Below, one piece after another: positions 23,926 through 37,469 of a DNA stretch of 64,000 nucleotides (position 1 is its first letter; the number at the start of each line of letters is the position of its first letter). A program made the translations under genes and the position numbers. The notes under the pieces are model-generated. The model was not told where the DNA came from and made no database searches. It saw only the letters and a list, made by a program, of their open reading frames with translations. Origin of the DNA: Zancudomyces culisetae HAW-14-8 (lineage: Eukaryota; Fungi; Kickxellomycota); the NCBI GenBank assembly GCA_052426225.1, contig JBNJNM010000007.1, positions 1,054,001-1,118,000 on the forward strand. The letters run 5' to 3'.

Positions 23926-26289
23926 TACAGACATTGTCACAGAATAGTTCACAATTAAGATCGTCACTAACCGGAGAAAGTGGTTATGATGGTGGTAGCA
24001 TCCAAGTAATCGACACTGTTTAAATTAGAATTAATGAGTTTTGCTTTTTTTCAATCATATGCTCCCTTTTTTTAGAATGTATGTATATATTCGCGCAAAT
24101 AGTAAATAAAAGCTTACGAGTTAATAATGTTGTGTACAGGTATTTCATTTACTCGATTTTCCTACAGGGTTTTGCCTATTGCTATATTGTTGTGTCATTT
24201 GAAGAAAAGAAGTATTTCTTTTGCTCAGAATGATTTAAATATTATTTTAAACTTTCTGGTACTAAGCGAAGTGTAAATCTTTATCACACAAAACCTTCAA
24301 GCCTTATCTGTACTATTCAATCAATATTCAACATTATCAATTTTAGTATAGTAAGATATGGAAATATTGATTTGGAAAAAAACAAATATTATTTGATACT
24401 AGCTTTATATTCTTTTTTTCAATCTGTCTCTAAAATAGTTCAATGATTCCATTAATTCAGGTATTCATATATATGAGTTGGTTCGTAATAAATATAAATT
24501 TAGAAAGGCAAATACTACAATTTTCGTGTAGTTGTCATATCTTTAGAAAAACGAGTGAGACGCAGGGTGTTGTAAAACATTTCCCTTGGAGTAGTAATTC
24601 TTATGAAGCTTTATTTTATGAGACTAAAAAATACGTTTAGATTGATGTTTTCACAAGCCGAGTTATATAGTTGAATGTTTTATTTGAGCAGGTACAATTG
24701 ACCTTCAAAAGAGTAGATGAATTAACTAGATTAGAAAGCTGGAAAAACTAGTAGCAGAAAATCTAGATTGTTCAGTTCGAATAACTATGCGTCAAGCTCA
24801 AAGTAACAATATTGGCGTCGAACCAAGAATATACTGGTATGGGTTCGATTAAAATTACTAGCGCTGTTTTTATTTGGTCAAGTTGTACTATTTATAGGCA
24901 AATGTTACCCAAGTAAATATTTTTGAAATTGAAATATATTTAGTCGAATAAAGTTAAAATCTGGTATTGTTATGCAAACACACAGATACAATTATGCCCA
25001 GCCTAGTTCAAACATTGGGAAAAAAATAGAAAAAATGAATATCGGTTTGTATACAGTTTTTAAATCTGTTTATCCAGTTTTAACAACCTAGTATTGCTAT
25101 GGTAAGATCGTCAAAAAAACGAGTAATTAGTTAAATATTCTATTAGAGACATAAAATGGTACTCACATAGTTGCATTCTGGTAGGTGAAATTATTGTTAA
25201 TATTAAATAAAGATAAAATTTTCATTCATACTTAAGTCTGCTTGATCCAAGTAAAATTGTCATCCAGTGTTCTTTTATACAGGGTATTCACATCAATACT
25301 TCTAACGTTGTAAAACGAGGTCGTGTGATTGTAATCATTCTATGTATTTTTGATCTGATTGCAACTTTTTGTCCAATTTTCTGTATTTATACGGTTTCTT
25401 ACAATGATCAAGTCAGATAAAAAAACCTTATTTTTTTATTGCCCATAATAATCTGACAATTGGATCTTGAACATCGAATATGTTGGTGTAAATACATTTT
25501 ATTGTATTAAGTAATATATAACTAATAATAGCTAGTGGTGTGTATTTATAGATTTTTGCAACCTCTGCATAGATTTATCTTTAATTGAGTGTACCAGCGA
25601 ATTAAACAGATTCGTTTAAACCGGTAATTTTATTAATGTCAACACAGTAGCATATCCAGAATCTGCCCTCTGACTCAAATAAAAAGCACTTTCTTTTGCA
25701 AAATTAATTTGTCGTAATCTATTGCCTCTTCTCAAGAAGCAGGCCTCAAAAACTAGATATCTATTATCAACAGCTCAATAGTGATAATCTAAATATCTGT
25801 GTATTCAAAACTGAATACTCATTCTCAGCGGATTCAAAACTCAGAGATAATCCCTTTGATTTTGACCTGTTTATTAGAAATGCGAGCATAAGTAGTGATA
25901 CTGGATTTGTTTATCTTTTGTGCAAAGATATTCAAAATTTGTTAGTGCTACCCACCAGATCCTACTTCAATAGTATTGTCATTGGCTGTGAAACTGGGGC
26001 CATCACAGATATATTTTAAATGCTATCCAAAGAACATTAACTCAATTATCTCTTTCTCTGGCTAGTACTCATACCTATATTACAAAAAATCTACCCAATT
26101 ACAATAAAAATATTATTTTATCCGTTTTTCTATACCGTGATATTCATTTTAACGCAAGTTGAGTTAATTATAAAACGATTTTATTTAAAATCTATTTTTT
26201 AGGTAATGTTTTTTTTAAGTTTGTAGCAGAAATTAAAGTACTATGCATCTAATGGCCTATTTGGATGAATGAAATCTATAACCTATAAA

Positions 26290-26751
26290 CTAGGTTCTCT
26301 TAACCCTGAGCCAAGCGAATGAAATAGCTCTCCTTCCTACAACTTCGGATATATTGGAAATAGTCTTGGCTGATGATCTACGGACTATCTGACATTTACC
26401 AGTACAATCCTTATCCCCGCAAACCAAGATTACTCCCTTTCCTGGTTTATCCAATCCACTCTTTCGTCCGACCTTGATTGATCCGAATTTTCTTGTGTTG
26501 TAGCACTTTCCACGTCTGATACTGCGCTTTTCGTATCTGTTAACAAAACCGGCAGCCTTGTACAATCTAACAGTTGTTCTCTTGGCCTTGCAGCGACGAT
26601 GCATATCGTTGAATTCACAGCCAGAGAGATTGTTGTTGTGTTCGGAATTAGCAAGATGATTGTTCTGATTCTGTTGGTTACCGCTCATGTTTACTGCACT
26701 GGCTAAGATTGAACCGAAAAGTAAGGCACTGACTAAGACTGACTTGAACAT
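26290..26751 (-). CDS. Small secreted Cys-containing protein, beta/gamma-crystallin-like family member 1 (highly basic)
   Basis: Signal peptide; VRLYKAAGF, GKCYN, LVCGDKDCTGKC and AISFAW motifs shared with three paralogues. Confidence 0.8.
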   Translation of the reverse strand: MFKSVLVSALLFGSILASAVNMSGNQQNQNNHLANSEHNNNLSGCEFNDMHRRCKAKRTTVRLYKAAGFVNRYEKRSIRRGKCYNTRKFGSIKVGRKSGLDKPGKGVILVCGDKDCTGKCQIVRRSSAKTISNISEVVGRRAISFAWLRVKRT

Positions 26752-28769
26752 TTTAATTTTGTTTGATTTTCTTTGATTTGATTTGGGTTGCTCTGATGTA
26801 TTTGCTTTTTTCCTGTTTGAATGTTATTGTGTATTTTAAATTATGAGGAGAGAACCCTACCTCTACACACTTTTGAGTGAGGTGATATTCTGATAGTTTA
26901 CATTGTTTTCACACTAACACATGATAAAACGAACTCAAATTCTAATAATTTGTAAACTTTAATATACAAGTGAAACTCTATTGAAGTAAGTCCAGTTTAT
27001 TAAAATTGCAGTCTAGAGTAGTAGCAATATCACAATGATATCTTTGAACACTCCTATTTTTTGCAATAATACTGCATTCTCGGTCACTTTTTACTTCTAG
27101 TTTATTTGAATAAACCCATTTATAAGTTCCAGCAATATCTGTTGTTGTTGTTAATTGCTATCTTTAGCTGAGCTACACTACTCTAGACATTTCACTAAAT
27201 TAAAACCATGATGACTGAATGAAAAATCATCAATCGATTTTTTGTACTGGCTAAACGTTAACTGGACTTCAAAAAAACCACAAAATAAGGAAAACTCCGG
27301 TTATAGAATGAGAGTAGTAGTTAATACTCTGGCTCTTTTCCGTTTGGTGGAATCTACTCTTTATAATATAATTTTCAATGTTTTATTCATTTTATTATAG
27401 CTAGTCTAGAAAGGTGAATTTGTAGATCATTTTTTGTATTAACTTTAAAAAATAAGATAACCTAGCCAGTTTATTTATTAAAAGTCCAGAGTTACCCTAT
27501 AAGCAAGAGAATGAAATAAGAAGACTTTCGAGAAAATGGAGCTAGTACTTCGATACTCATTTTGGTGGGGTTTCATTTCTACCGCAATATCATTTACTTT
27601 GCTACATTGGAGACTATAATCCTACTAGAAAAAAGTAAAAAAAATAAAAAAAATTAGAAGAGCCGAGATTCAGTTACGTTTAAATGAGTGCTTTTGAATA
27701 TTCTGGAGAATGCAGGGTGATGAGAGAGCCTTGGCACTAAGTTGGTTTTTTGTTTAATTAACACTCTTTCATTACGGTTATAAACTTTATTATACTTGAT
27801 AAATTACATGATGAAGTAGTACTGTTTCTATACCAACTTTTATTTATTCTTGCTTAACGCAAGAACCAAAAGTATAATTTTTCGTGTCTATGTATTGCAG
27901 TTAAAACAAGTAGAAATAAACACAGAAAACCTAGAAGTTAGAATAGTGCCAAAGAAAGATAGGAAAACAGTCATTGCTCAGATCTAACTAGCCAATTCAG
28001 TAAATATATTCTTGCCAAGTTTATACTGGATGAGTGTAAAAATAACCTGCTTTCAATGGTAATGAAACGTTGATGAACTCAACCAACTACAAGAAACTAA
28101 AAAACATACACTAAAAATTCAGATACATTGAACAAGAAGGATTAGTTACCTAAAATCCAGTAAAAGAAGCGGTAATATTTAGATATTATACAAAAAGAAA
28201 TAAGAAATACGTGGATGTGGTTTACAAAATAATTTGAATATTCGTTTTAATAGTAGATGGAGATGATAAGATTGAGAATATACCTCTGAGTAATATCAAT
28301 AGTATGTGTGTAATTTTATTAGTTATTAATCGAACCTTCAAAGCTAAAAGTTTTAATTTTATTTAAAACGCTGTCGAATTTCACTTTTATTAATATCGTT
28401 TTTTTTCTTGGCACTTGGTACACTTGAACTTCTGCAAAAGAAATATTTTGCCAAGTACTGAACTTAAAATGTTTATTTAATCTAATTGATAATGTTCATA
28501 AGTAAAACTAGAAAACTAGGCTAAACTAAACTTTTTGTAAAGTCTGTCGTTCTATGTGGGTTTAATCTGTTTTTTATATTGTCTTTGGATGAAACGGCCA
28601 TTTTATAACCAAATTATAAATGTAGGAAAAGAATGTATATTTTATGGATATATTTGTTTATTATCGAAAAAAATGAGTCATGTGGAGACCCAAGGTTTCA
28701 TTTAATAAATATCCATAACAGATATTATAAATAAAGTCACAATAAATAAAATGAATAAAAACAAAATAT

Positions 28770-29495
28770 GGAGTCTTGAATGAGGCATATCATTGATAGA
28801 CTCAATAAAATAATTGTAAAAAACCAACTGTCAACTTCAAGATTGCCATTGGGATCACATGTCACGACCAGAAAAAAGCCATTGGAGCCCGAAGTGTAAC
28901 ATGTTTTGCTCACTTTAATCCTGACAGTAAAAGAATGTTTATACAGATCTGGGTACACGGAGCAGGAGAGAATCAAGGTTTACAAGGGGTACTAAAAACA
29001 AGACCATGAAGTGTAAACCGGCAAATATGAATGAGATGGTCGGTCAGGCAAAAGAGATTGGAAGCCAACCTATACAAGATCCAGGCAGTGTTGGCACAGC
29101 TCATCAATTCAGTCGATGCCATGGTATATGGAATTAGCCAGTAGGATTTATTTACATTTTATTTGCGATTATTTTAGCGTGCAACAAATTAATATATCAA
29201 CATCAAATCTTTTAATCTAGTTTACCTAGCACAAATACCTATTAGGTAAATTATATCATAGCAGAATAAAGATTCCGACACACCAATTTATTATGAAAAC
29301 TTTCACAATTGCAAGTTGTGTAATGGTGGTTTATTTAGTTTTGACCTTGTCAGCGACTTACCATGCAAACATGCATTCCATCAAAGTTGTGTGGATTGGT
29401 ATCTAAATAATGTATCCAAAATGTGTCCAGTTTGCAAGATAGATTTAAAATATGAGGCAAACATGGTAGTAAACCTACAGTATCCAAAGGTTTAG
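28770..29495 (+). pseudogene. Decayed membrane-anchored RING-H2 E3 ligase
   Basis: Intact RING-H2 from 29310 (CKLC...LPCKHAFHQSCVDWYLNNVSKMCPVC). Upstream in-frame TAA/TAG stops and a TM-like segment (VGFIYILFAIILAC) in another frame. 5' limit approximate. Confidence 0.6.
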
Positions 29496-29890
29496 AAAGT
29501 ATGTGCTGTCTTTTCTTTTATTTAACTTTTCACGTTTAATAAACCAGAAAACCAGAATTTAAAACCGTTTGATTTTTTTGACTTTTGGATCTTTTAGGGA
29601 TGTAGTTGATTGTTTATATATATTTATATATATGTAGGTTAGATAAATAGGGTTCATGTATTATTTAGAATTAGAAATACACTACAATAGTAGTAAAAAT
29701 TATGTGATGTAACAAAAAGGTTTTTCCGAAAAAAATATATATAATGTTACACATCTAAAAAGGGAGATAAAAAGATGCAACTCTGGTACAATATACATTG
29801 AGTCGTCTTTTACTGCCAGTATCGAAATAAGACAATGCTAGATTGTGAATTCTGAGCTAGTGTGTTTTCTTTTTTAAAAATCAAGCCAAA

Positions 29891-30982
29891 TCACGAACTA
29901 TCTTTGTCCAGCAAGTTACTTAACCGTTCTAATGTCGCCTAAGTATCACAATAAACGGTGCACACCAAAAATTTATTTAAGATACTACAGGAAATAAATT
30001 GAGGAGAACAAAGTATATATGCTTACCTTCCCCGCCTCTGTTAATTTATCGATATCACAAGAATCGGTAAAGTAAGAGGCTTCAGTTTCATTGAGTACTT
30101 CTAAAGGTGAAATTTTTAAAACAGACGAATCACCACTATCTGTGTTCAAGTTGCCTTCTCCTATTGAAGAATCGTTTGTTTTATGAACTAAGGATTCCAT
30201 CCCATACTCATAATCATACTCAATACCTGAATCTTTTTGGACTTGACAAAACTCATCCTTTGGAGCACAAGTATCTGAAAATGCTTGGTTATTCTGGTAA
30301 TCCAAAAGGTCTTGGGGATCGGAAAAAGATGGTGGAAGAAGGGATATTGCTTTGCATAAGGCAGTGTAGAGCTCATCAACTATTATCTGTATTCATTATT
30401 TTAGCAATCGAAAGCTCAAACTGTACTTTTCTGCTACTCTGTAAAAAAAAATTAAAATCGACTGACATAAAAAGTGGACTTACGCTTGTTCAAATCCTGG
30501 TGAAAAATAAACAATTCAGAAAATTGAATTTCCTCCTCGAGATTTTGTTCCCAGGAATCATCCGCACTCTCGTTCTCATTTTATGAGCCATTTAGACTTT
30601 CGACATTTATGCTTTCTTTGCTGCCTGAAAGGTGGGAATCCTCTTGAGAAGCATTGTTAAGAACAGAGAATGGGAATGAGAGCTCTAGTTGTAAATAGAT
30701 GCAATCACCTAAATTATTTTCGTTCTCGGAATCTACTTTATCCTGTTTTGATGATTTTGCGTACAAAGCAATAGAGTCGTAGGCAATGCTAAATCCAGAG
30801 TTTTGAGCAGCTGAAAAAATAACTAGGTGTGTTGCTGTTATATATACAGACAGCGGTTCCTTGGCAATTGTAAACGCTGGTCTTATTCGTACATCACTTA
30901 ATGAATGCCTGGGCATGTCGCTTTCATTACTTAGGCTACCTGCTATGAATTCCGGACTATTGTTTTGAATTGTGAACAACAT
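29891..30982 (-). CDS. CLNS1A: pICln/Lot5 (Voldacs) Sm-assembly chaperone; 3 exons, in-frame TAA at 30581-30583
   Basis: Exons 30982-30484, 30379-30027 and 29938-29891 with GTAAG..AG introns, 300 codons in total. Motifs GFSIAYDSIALYA, CIYLQL, LDELYTALCKAISL and LTEAGK|ATLERL (human pICln has LTAEGQATLERL). Confidence 0.8.
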
Positions 30983-33054
30983 TTTTCCTTTCAGTTTTTC
31001 ACGTTTTGCAGTATTTTTTGCACCAAACTTGAATATTTGACAAGTTGATAATTCAGGAATAAAATAGTTGAATTGAGTGAGTATTTGATGAGGAAAGCGC
31101 TAAGCACAATTAAAAATGGTTGATGGAATCCTTCTAGCTTTGATAGCTCACTTTTAAATCAAACAAAGTAAGCAAGGAATCCCACTAGCTTTGTCAAATC
31201 TCGATAAAATAACGAGTCAAAGTTTATTTAAATTAGTTAGACTGCTTTTCATTTTTCCAAGAAAAAATAATTAAGGCTAACAACTCTGAGAAACGGCGAG
31301 TATAGGTTAGTGCTCTTAATCTCAACAGCTTTTACTAGATTTTAAATGTGCACTTTAGGTAATATGAGCAATTTTTTGTCTGCTATGGTTGAGAACTTTG
31401 GCATTTATTGAAAGAAGCACCAAAGATATATACCACGTTGTTAACATTTGGTTTTTATAATAAACTCCAATCTAATTAGTGATAGCAAATAGGGTAAAAT
31501 GGTTTGATAAATTAATTCTTAATATTTTGTTAATATGTTTTAGCTTTGATAATAGTAATCTAGAACTAAATAAAAACTATGAAATTAGAAAAGATTAGTT
31601 AATGAAATATTATTTAGCATGTTTGAAACTGAGCTACAAACGAATCAGGTATGTTATTCATATTCAACCTGTGATGATTTTTGAGACTAGCCCTTTTTCT
31701 TTGTAGTTTATTTTTTACAATCGATTATTGCATATTTTGGAAAGGCGTTTTGCCAATCTGTGTATCGTTCACTTTTCAGTTTTGACTTAGGTTATGAAAA
31801 TTTTGACTACATCCTCTCAACCCTTTGTGACGCCTTTTTTATTATTTCTTGCAAAAAAATCACCTGTAGATGATTCTAACAAGTCACAAAACTATTTTTA
31901 GTCTCATTAAATCCGGCTCTAAATCCTTTTAATTTTACAATCTATCTAATAAATGTTTTTTGATAATTACTAGACTTTATATCACACCATTCCTTTATAA
32001 AAAAAAGCTAAAGATATTAAAACCTGATAATAATAACTATTTTTTCAATAGTAGAGACCTCGTCGGTCTCAGCAGCCTTTAAACGACATGAATTATCAGC
32101 TAGAATGAAAATTCTGAAACATGAGCTGTCAAGCTTCAGCTGTGCCACAAGGGTAATGGAACCTGTCCAAAACGATTGATGAACTGATAAATTATAATTA
32201 AATTCACAATGTAGCTTTTTCAGAACTATTGTTTCAATTATCCTAATTTAGGTGGTAAGCAGCAAGTCGAAAAACCAAGAGTACAAAAGTTTTTAGATTA
32301 TTCTTTATTTATACTTTATTATACAATTTTGAATGTGCATGTTATTTTGGTGAAAAAAACAAGCAAACCAGTTTAATTACACTATTGTGGTATTTTTTCA
32401 CAATAGCTCATTAATTTTTCGCGCAATTATATTATTTAGCTAATTTACATAATATTACATTATAATTTCGGATCTAAAGAAATTAGAAGATCCGAAGCGA
32501 AACAAACTTTGTTGATAGTACATAAAAATTGATAATTTTAATATCAACATTAAATTAAAAAGATTTGGTCAAAACTCATCCTCACAATCTATTTAGGTAA
32601 TTTTGGAATCAATAAAAAAATTGTCCGTACACTTATTTATCTTGATTTGCTTGGTGAATTATATTTTCTTAAAAAAACACCCAAATTAGGTTGGGATGGT
32701 ATAAAAGTAACAAATAAAGAACGAAATTAAATATTGTGTGTGAATCTATGGAACTGATATGAAAACTACACACAACCATTCGAAGGAATTGATGATTGGA
32801 AATCATCAAAAAACTCCAATAAGGCAAATGATTTGGGTAAATCAGTAGTTGGTACTAGTAAAAAAAGAATAAACAAAAAAAAGAAAAATAGTATAAAAGC
32901 AGTTGAATATGAAAATTATCAAGTTGTCATTTTAAACAAAAAGGTATCCTACTATCTCTATGCTTCAAACCAGAAACATCCTTTTAAATTGAATAAAGTT
33001 TTTTTTCCTATAAAGCTTTCTAGTAGATATATAGACAACAGCAATCAAAGAGAA

Positions 33055-34734
33055 ATGGAAATATCAGTTCTGGGGTTGAGCTTTTACGTACACGACTATA
33101 TTCTGAGTGTATTATTTTCAATACAGTTTGTTGACGACCTTGTGTTGTTTGCAACTGAGAGCGAATATAGACACATACTGGCAAATCTTATTTACATACC
33201 ATTTATGGCATGCGAAATAAAATGGCTGTTAAAATACGTCGTCTCGGATCAATGGCTACAAGAAATACTGATTTTTATTAAGAACATGGTTTTATTTTAT
33301 CTATGTTGTTACCAAATATCGGGAAAAATTCGGAAAGCAGTAAAGGAACTAGCCGTGCCCTATGGTTTAAAAAAAGTAAAATGCATAGAGGCAAGTATTA
33401 ACCGCAGTTCTTCGCAAGGATCCAGAGACAAACGTGAGGTTTACGGGAAGCACATGAATCAAACTATATGCAGAGTTAATTTGAAAAAGGGAAGATCTGT
33501 TTTGGTTGGTGGGCGGTTTTCATCAGAATATGTAAAGCATCCAGAGACGATATTCAATAAGAATCGGGCTTTTCTAAGAAACCAACACAAACACACAATA
33601 TTGACCAGAGGAATGAATGTGAGCGACATCCTATACAGCAGATACTTGTTACATTTTCTGTCATATGTTGATTTAAAAGAATCGATGGAAGCAATCCAAC
33701 CGACCCTGGAACAAGTAATTAGAAGAGAAATTATATCATCTGGAAGCATGTATAATGGAAATGAGGTTGTGGCTAACAACTTGTATGAAACAGTAAAAAA
33801 TATGGTTAGATTTGCCGTAGTATTTAGATTTTTTGGCCCATACGCAATAAGAGACAAGGAATTGGTTGAAAGCTTGAAAAAAGCGACGATGCCGGTCAAT
33901 CTTGGAGACGTCAACGATCAAAAATTTTCTTCAGCACTGTTTACTGCGGGATATTTGGGCAATAACTACTTTTATGAGTATTTTGAACTTGAGTCGAGCC
34001 GCAGAAAATACCTTCCCGAATATAGTAAACCAACTGATATAATACAATTTTTTACAGACAATTTTAGCATTTTCCAAGCGGAGCTAACAAGCGTTGCGTA
34101 TTGCATACAGAAAGCTATAGCCATTGGTGTGGAAGTGACATCAAGACGAATGTTTAATTTATTTGTAGAGCTTAGTCTGAGGCCTGACGTCTACAAAGAT
34201 TTGCTACAAGAGCAACAAGATCTAATTGAAAAAAATGGTGGTAACAACCATATTCCATTTGAAATGTTGGACGAAATGGTGTACTTGGATGCGTTCATTA
34301 AAGAAACGATCAGACTTTCGGGGTCGGATTTATTCATGCCCCGTTGCACGACCCAGGAAGTAGTGATGTCTAATGGGGTGACCATTTCTAAACATCAATA
34401 TGTGAGTTTTAACATTCAGGCGCATAATAGGGATCCCGAAATATTTGGATCAAATGCGAATGAATTCGACTACAAGCGACACATTCGTCTTGGGCTGAAA
34501 CTAACAGATGCTTCGCTGGCTAATTTAATGTGGGGTGCTGGAAATCGGGTCTGTCTAGCAAGAATATATGCAGCTGCGCTTATGAAGCTGATGTTGGCGA
34601 TGATAATTAGAAAATACGAGGTGCATGCCAATTATGCTGTTAAAAAAAACAAGCATGGACAATCCGCATTCTCTCACTATACATCCCTTAGCGACTTTTG
34701 CATAAACAAGGGGTTGTACTTTAAGATTCGATAA
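33055..34734 (+). CDS. Cytochrome P450 with divergent motifs
   Basis: Likely ATG at 33055 (MEISVLG); hydrophobic N-terminus; YLDAFIKETIR (ExxR), HNRDPEIF, heme motif WGAGNRVCLA. The I-helix reads AIGVEVTS. Confidence 0.88.
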   Translation: MEISVLGLSFYVHDYILSVLFSIQFVDDLVLFATESEYRHILANLIYIPFMACEIKWLLKYVVSDQWLQEILIFIKNMVLFYLCCYQISGKIRKAVKELAVPYGLKKVKCIEASINRSSSQGSRDKREVYGKHMNQTICRVNLKKGRSVLVGGRFSSEYVKHPETIFNKNRAFLRNQHKHTILTRGMNVSDILYSRYLLHFLSYVDLKESMEAIQPTLEQVIRREIISSGSMYNGNEVVANNLYETVKNMVRFAVVFRFFGPYAIRDKELVESLKKATMPVNLGDVNDQKFSSALFTAGYLGNNYFYEYFELESSRRKYLPEYSKPTDIIQFFTDNFSIFQAELTSVAYCIQKAIAIGVEVTSRRMFNLFVELSLRPDVYKDLLQEQQDLIEKNGGNNHIPFEMLDEMVYLDAFIKETIRLSGSDLFMPRCTTQEVVMSNGVTISKHQYVSFNIQAHNRDPEIFGSNANEFDYKRHIRLGLKLTDASLANLMWGAGNRVCLARIYAAALMKLMLAMIIRKYEVHANYAVKKNKHGQSAFSHYTSLSDFCINKGLYFKIR

Positions 34735-37064
34735 TATTTTAGAGTATTACATATTGTTTTGTTGCTTTGGTCAATAGTTAATTAAATAAAGTAAAGATAA
34801 CAATGTTTTTAAACGTTCCAAAAAATAAAAGCAATACAAAGAAGAGGAAAGTTGAAAAAGAACATTAGCAATATATCCTTGATTTGGTTTTCGTAATACA
34901 CAGTATTGCTATAGTATTTAACAAAAAATACTCTTGATGTCCTTGAGGGTTTACTTTAGCTAAACACTAATGTATATAGTCGAGTCAAATGAAAACCTAT
35001 TACTATTATGCGAACATCCAAATATTAATATTCTCATAAATACTCATTATAGTCAAATCAAATTATTATCAGTAACTCAGGAATTATAAAACCAATTTAT
35101 ATACGGCTTAAGTTTATTTTATTTGTTAGGCTAATTTTTTATAAAACTGTATTTTTTTGTCTGTCATTTCATACATCATATGAATAAAGATTCTAAAGTT
35201 TAATTCGTTTATTATCGATTTGTTGTTTTATCTATTTAAAACAGTATCTAGATAAAAATATTCTATATATAATTAGGATGATAGACGTGTAATTGTACTG
35301 GTTGTTCGCATAATTATGAAAAATATTTCTATTTAGAGCATTAAAACTCACTAATCTAGTATTAATAGTTAAATTTTATAAATGAAAATAACATCAATGT
35401 ACACTTACAGACTCTAAAAGTTTAAAATTAAAGTTCTAATCATTCGTTGGTTGTAAACTTAGTACTGAGTAAAATTTAGTTTGCAAATAGTTACTTTCCA
35501 AATACATAAAATGCATTTCTCAAATCTTACTAATTTCTTTTGTGGTTTGACATACAAACATATGTTCAATCTACTCTGATTACTTTTATAGTTTATTAAA
35601 GATGTTTTTTGAAATAAAATTGGTATAAATATTATATTCAATCGTTTACTATTTAATCCTTATGAGATATAAAACTCAAAAATAAAGTAGATAGATTACT
35701 GAATTCAAATTTAGCTAAGACTCAACAAGAAATAATTATTTTTCACTTACTTGGCGGTATGAGAGTGTGAGAAATAAATCTAGTAAAATATGAAAAAGCT
35801 ATAGAATAGCACATTTCTATAATTATTTTTTAACTATAATCATAAAATTAGTAAACTATCCTGTCAGTGTTAACACGACATAAACGATAGCTGGATTGAG
35901 TAAACATTTAACTTTGGCTATTCCGAACAGGTTTTGATAGTCACACCAATCATCTTAATAATCGAATGTACCAATCAAGTATAAATTTTAGTTTCTATAA
36001 ATTATGAAAAACCATATTATGAAAACAAATTAAAATATAGAATCATTTTGAAATGCACCAGCGTATTCGTATCTCCAACTTTTAATTTTTCTTACTAACC
36101 ATAGTTACAAACTTTTATAAGTTCTTTTTTGAAAAACTGTGCTCAAATATAGGTTTTATAGACTAATCACATACAAAAAGCAGTAAATTATAAAAGTTGC
36201 TATTGTGACTAGATCATGTTCCGTTGATCCTCTTTACTTTAGAACTCAAAAGAATAGAAATTTCATATTTTCTTCAAACTCAGCAATTGCGATAGCCAAA
36301 AATTATACAAAGCAGATAATATTAACACATAGGTTTAATTAAACTTTCCTGTTAAGACATGTACACTGTTTGGCTGCCACACTGTCTAGGACGGTGATAT
36401 ACTATTTAAAATTGATCTACATTTTCACACCACTAGGAACAATGAAATCCTAGTTATACCATTTATATTCCTCAGCTTCAAATTTTTAATGCCAAACCAA
36501 TAGAATTTTAGCATATTTTTGAGCTACAATTACTACAAGTTCAGAAATGTAACTCCTCATTAAAATATCCTAATATCTCTCATTCTCGACTTGGCCAAGA
36601 AATTTCAAATTGGATTAACGAAATTGTTCACCTTGAGATGTTAGTATTTAATGAAATTTTATAGCACTGGTTCAGGGGCTATTTCAACTATTTTACTGGA
36701 CTTTTTAATATGCTGTACTTTTATTATTGATTTTTCAGTCTCGTCTTTAGATCTAGTATTTTTTGCTTATTCATAATTAATATTTTTACTAGAGTAAACA
36801 AACGTATTTCTTAAATATTGAAATATGAATACTAGATTCTCAGGAACGCTCAGATTTATGTCCTTACTTTAGCTATTTTTCATGTAAAACAGTATGTTTT
36901 TAATCAAGTAATTTAAATAAGATTTTTACAACGACCCGTTTGTGTTTAGTTTCAAAAAAGTATAAATAGCGATATTACTACTTCAAGTTTAAATCCATAA
37001 TAACTAAACGAGACAAGACCAAAATGACCACAAAGTTCATTCCTGAAAAAGAAAACCTCTAAAA

Positions 37065-37469
37065 ATGCGCGTTTCAAGTTATACATTGGCTATCCAGCTT
37101 CTGTCAGCTACTCAAACCCTGCTAGTATCAGGTCATTGCCATCATCACCATCATCACCATCATGGGTCCTCTCGACCAACCTTACACGTTAAAGTATTCT
37201 CAGGCTACCGCTTTTCAGGAGATGTAATAAGCGACTTCCAAATGAGAAAACACAAGTGTTATAACATTGAACAGGGCACCTCAGCGCAATTTCTTAATCC
37301 CACGGATAGGTCAGGAGGAATGTTAGTATGCAGAGAAAACGACTGTAGAGGTGTGTGTACAGTAAATACCAGGTTTTTACAAACTGGTATGTGGAATTTC
37401 CCAGAAGATCTCAAGTCTGGTCCACTTTCAATTAAATGGGTGTCAATGGGTACTGCCCCCAACGAGTAA
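37065..37469 (+). CDS. Small secreted beta/gamma-crystallin-like family member 2 with a His8 tract
   Basis: Signal-like leader, HC(H)8, VKVFSGYRFSG, HKCYNI, LVCRENDCRGVC, PLSIKW; TATA at 36961. Confidence 0.8.
   Translation: MRVSSYTLAIQLLSATQTLLVSGHCHHHHHHHHGSSRPTLHVKVFSGYRFSGDVISDFQMRKHKCYNIEQGTSAQFLNPTDRSGGMLVCRENDCRGVCTVNTRFLQTGMWNFPEDLKSGPLSIKWVSMGTAPNE

Noticed and set aside
25540-26075. Possible decayed gene
   Set aside because: Multiple stops in all frames; unidentifiable.
27880-28290. Purine-rich coding-like relic
   Set aside because: No motif; cannot be assigned.
29230-30583. Alternative genetic code (TAA/TAG as sense) suggested by in-frame stops in the RING relic and pICln
   Set aside because: RPS26, GEP3, RRP43 and others end at TAA/TAG at the expected positions, and long ORFs lack internal stops.
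32054-32496. Isolated hairpins GAGACC/GGTCTC and TTCGGATCT/AGATCCGAA (Helitron 3' end?)
   Set aside because: No correctly spaced CTRR terminus or other element features.
32833-33054. TTG-initiated N-terminal extension of the P450 ORF
   Set aside because: Contains the TATA-like promoter region; ATG at 33055 fits better.
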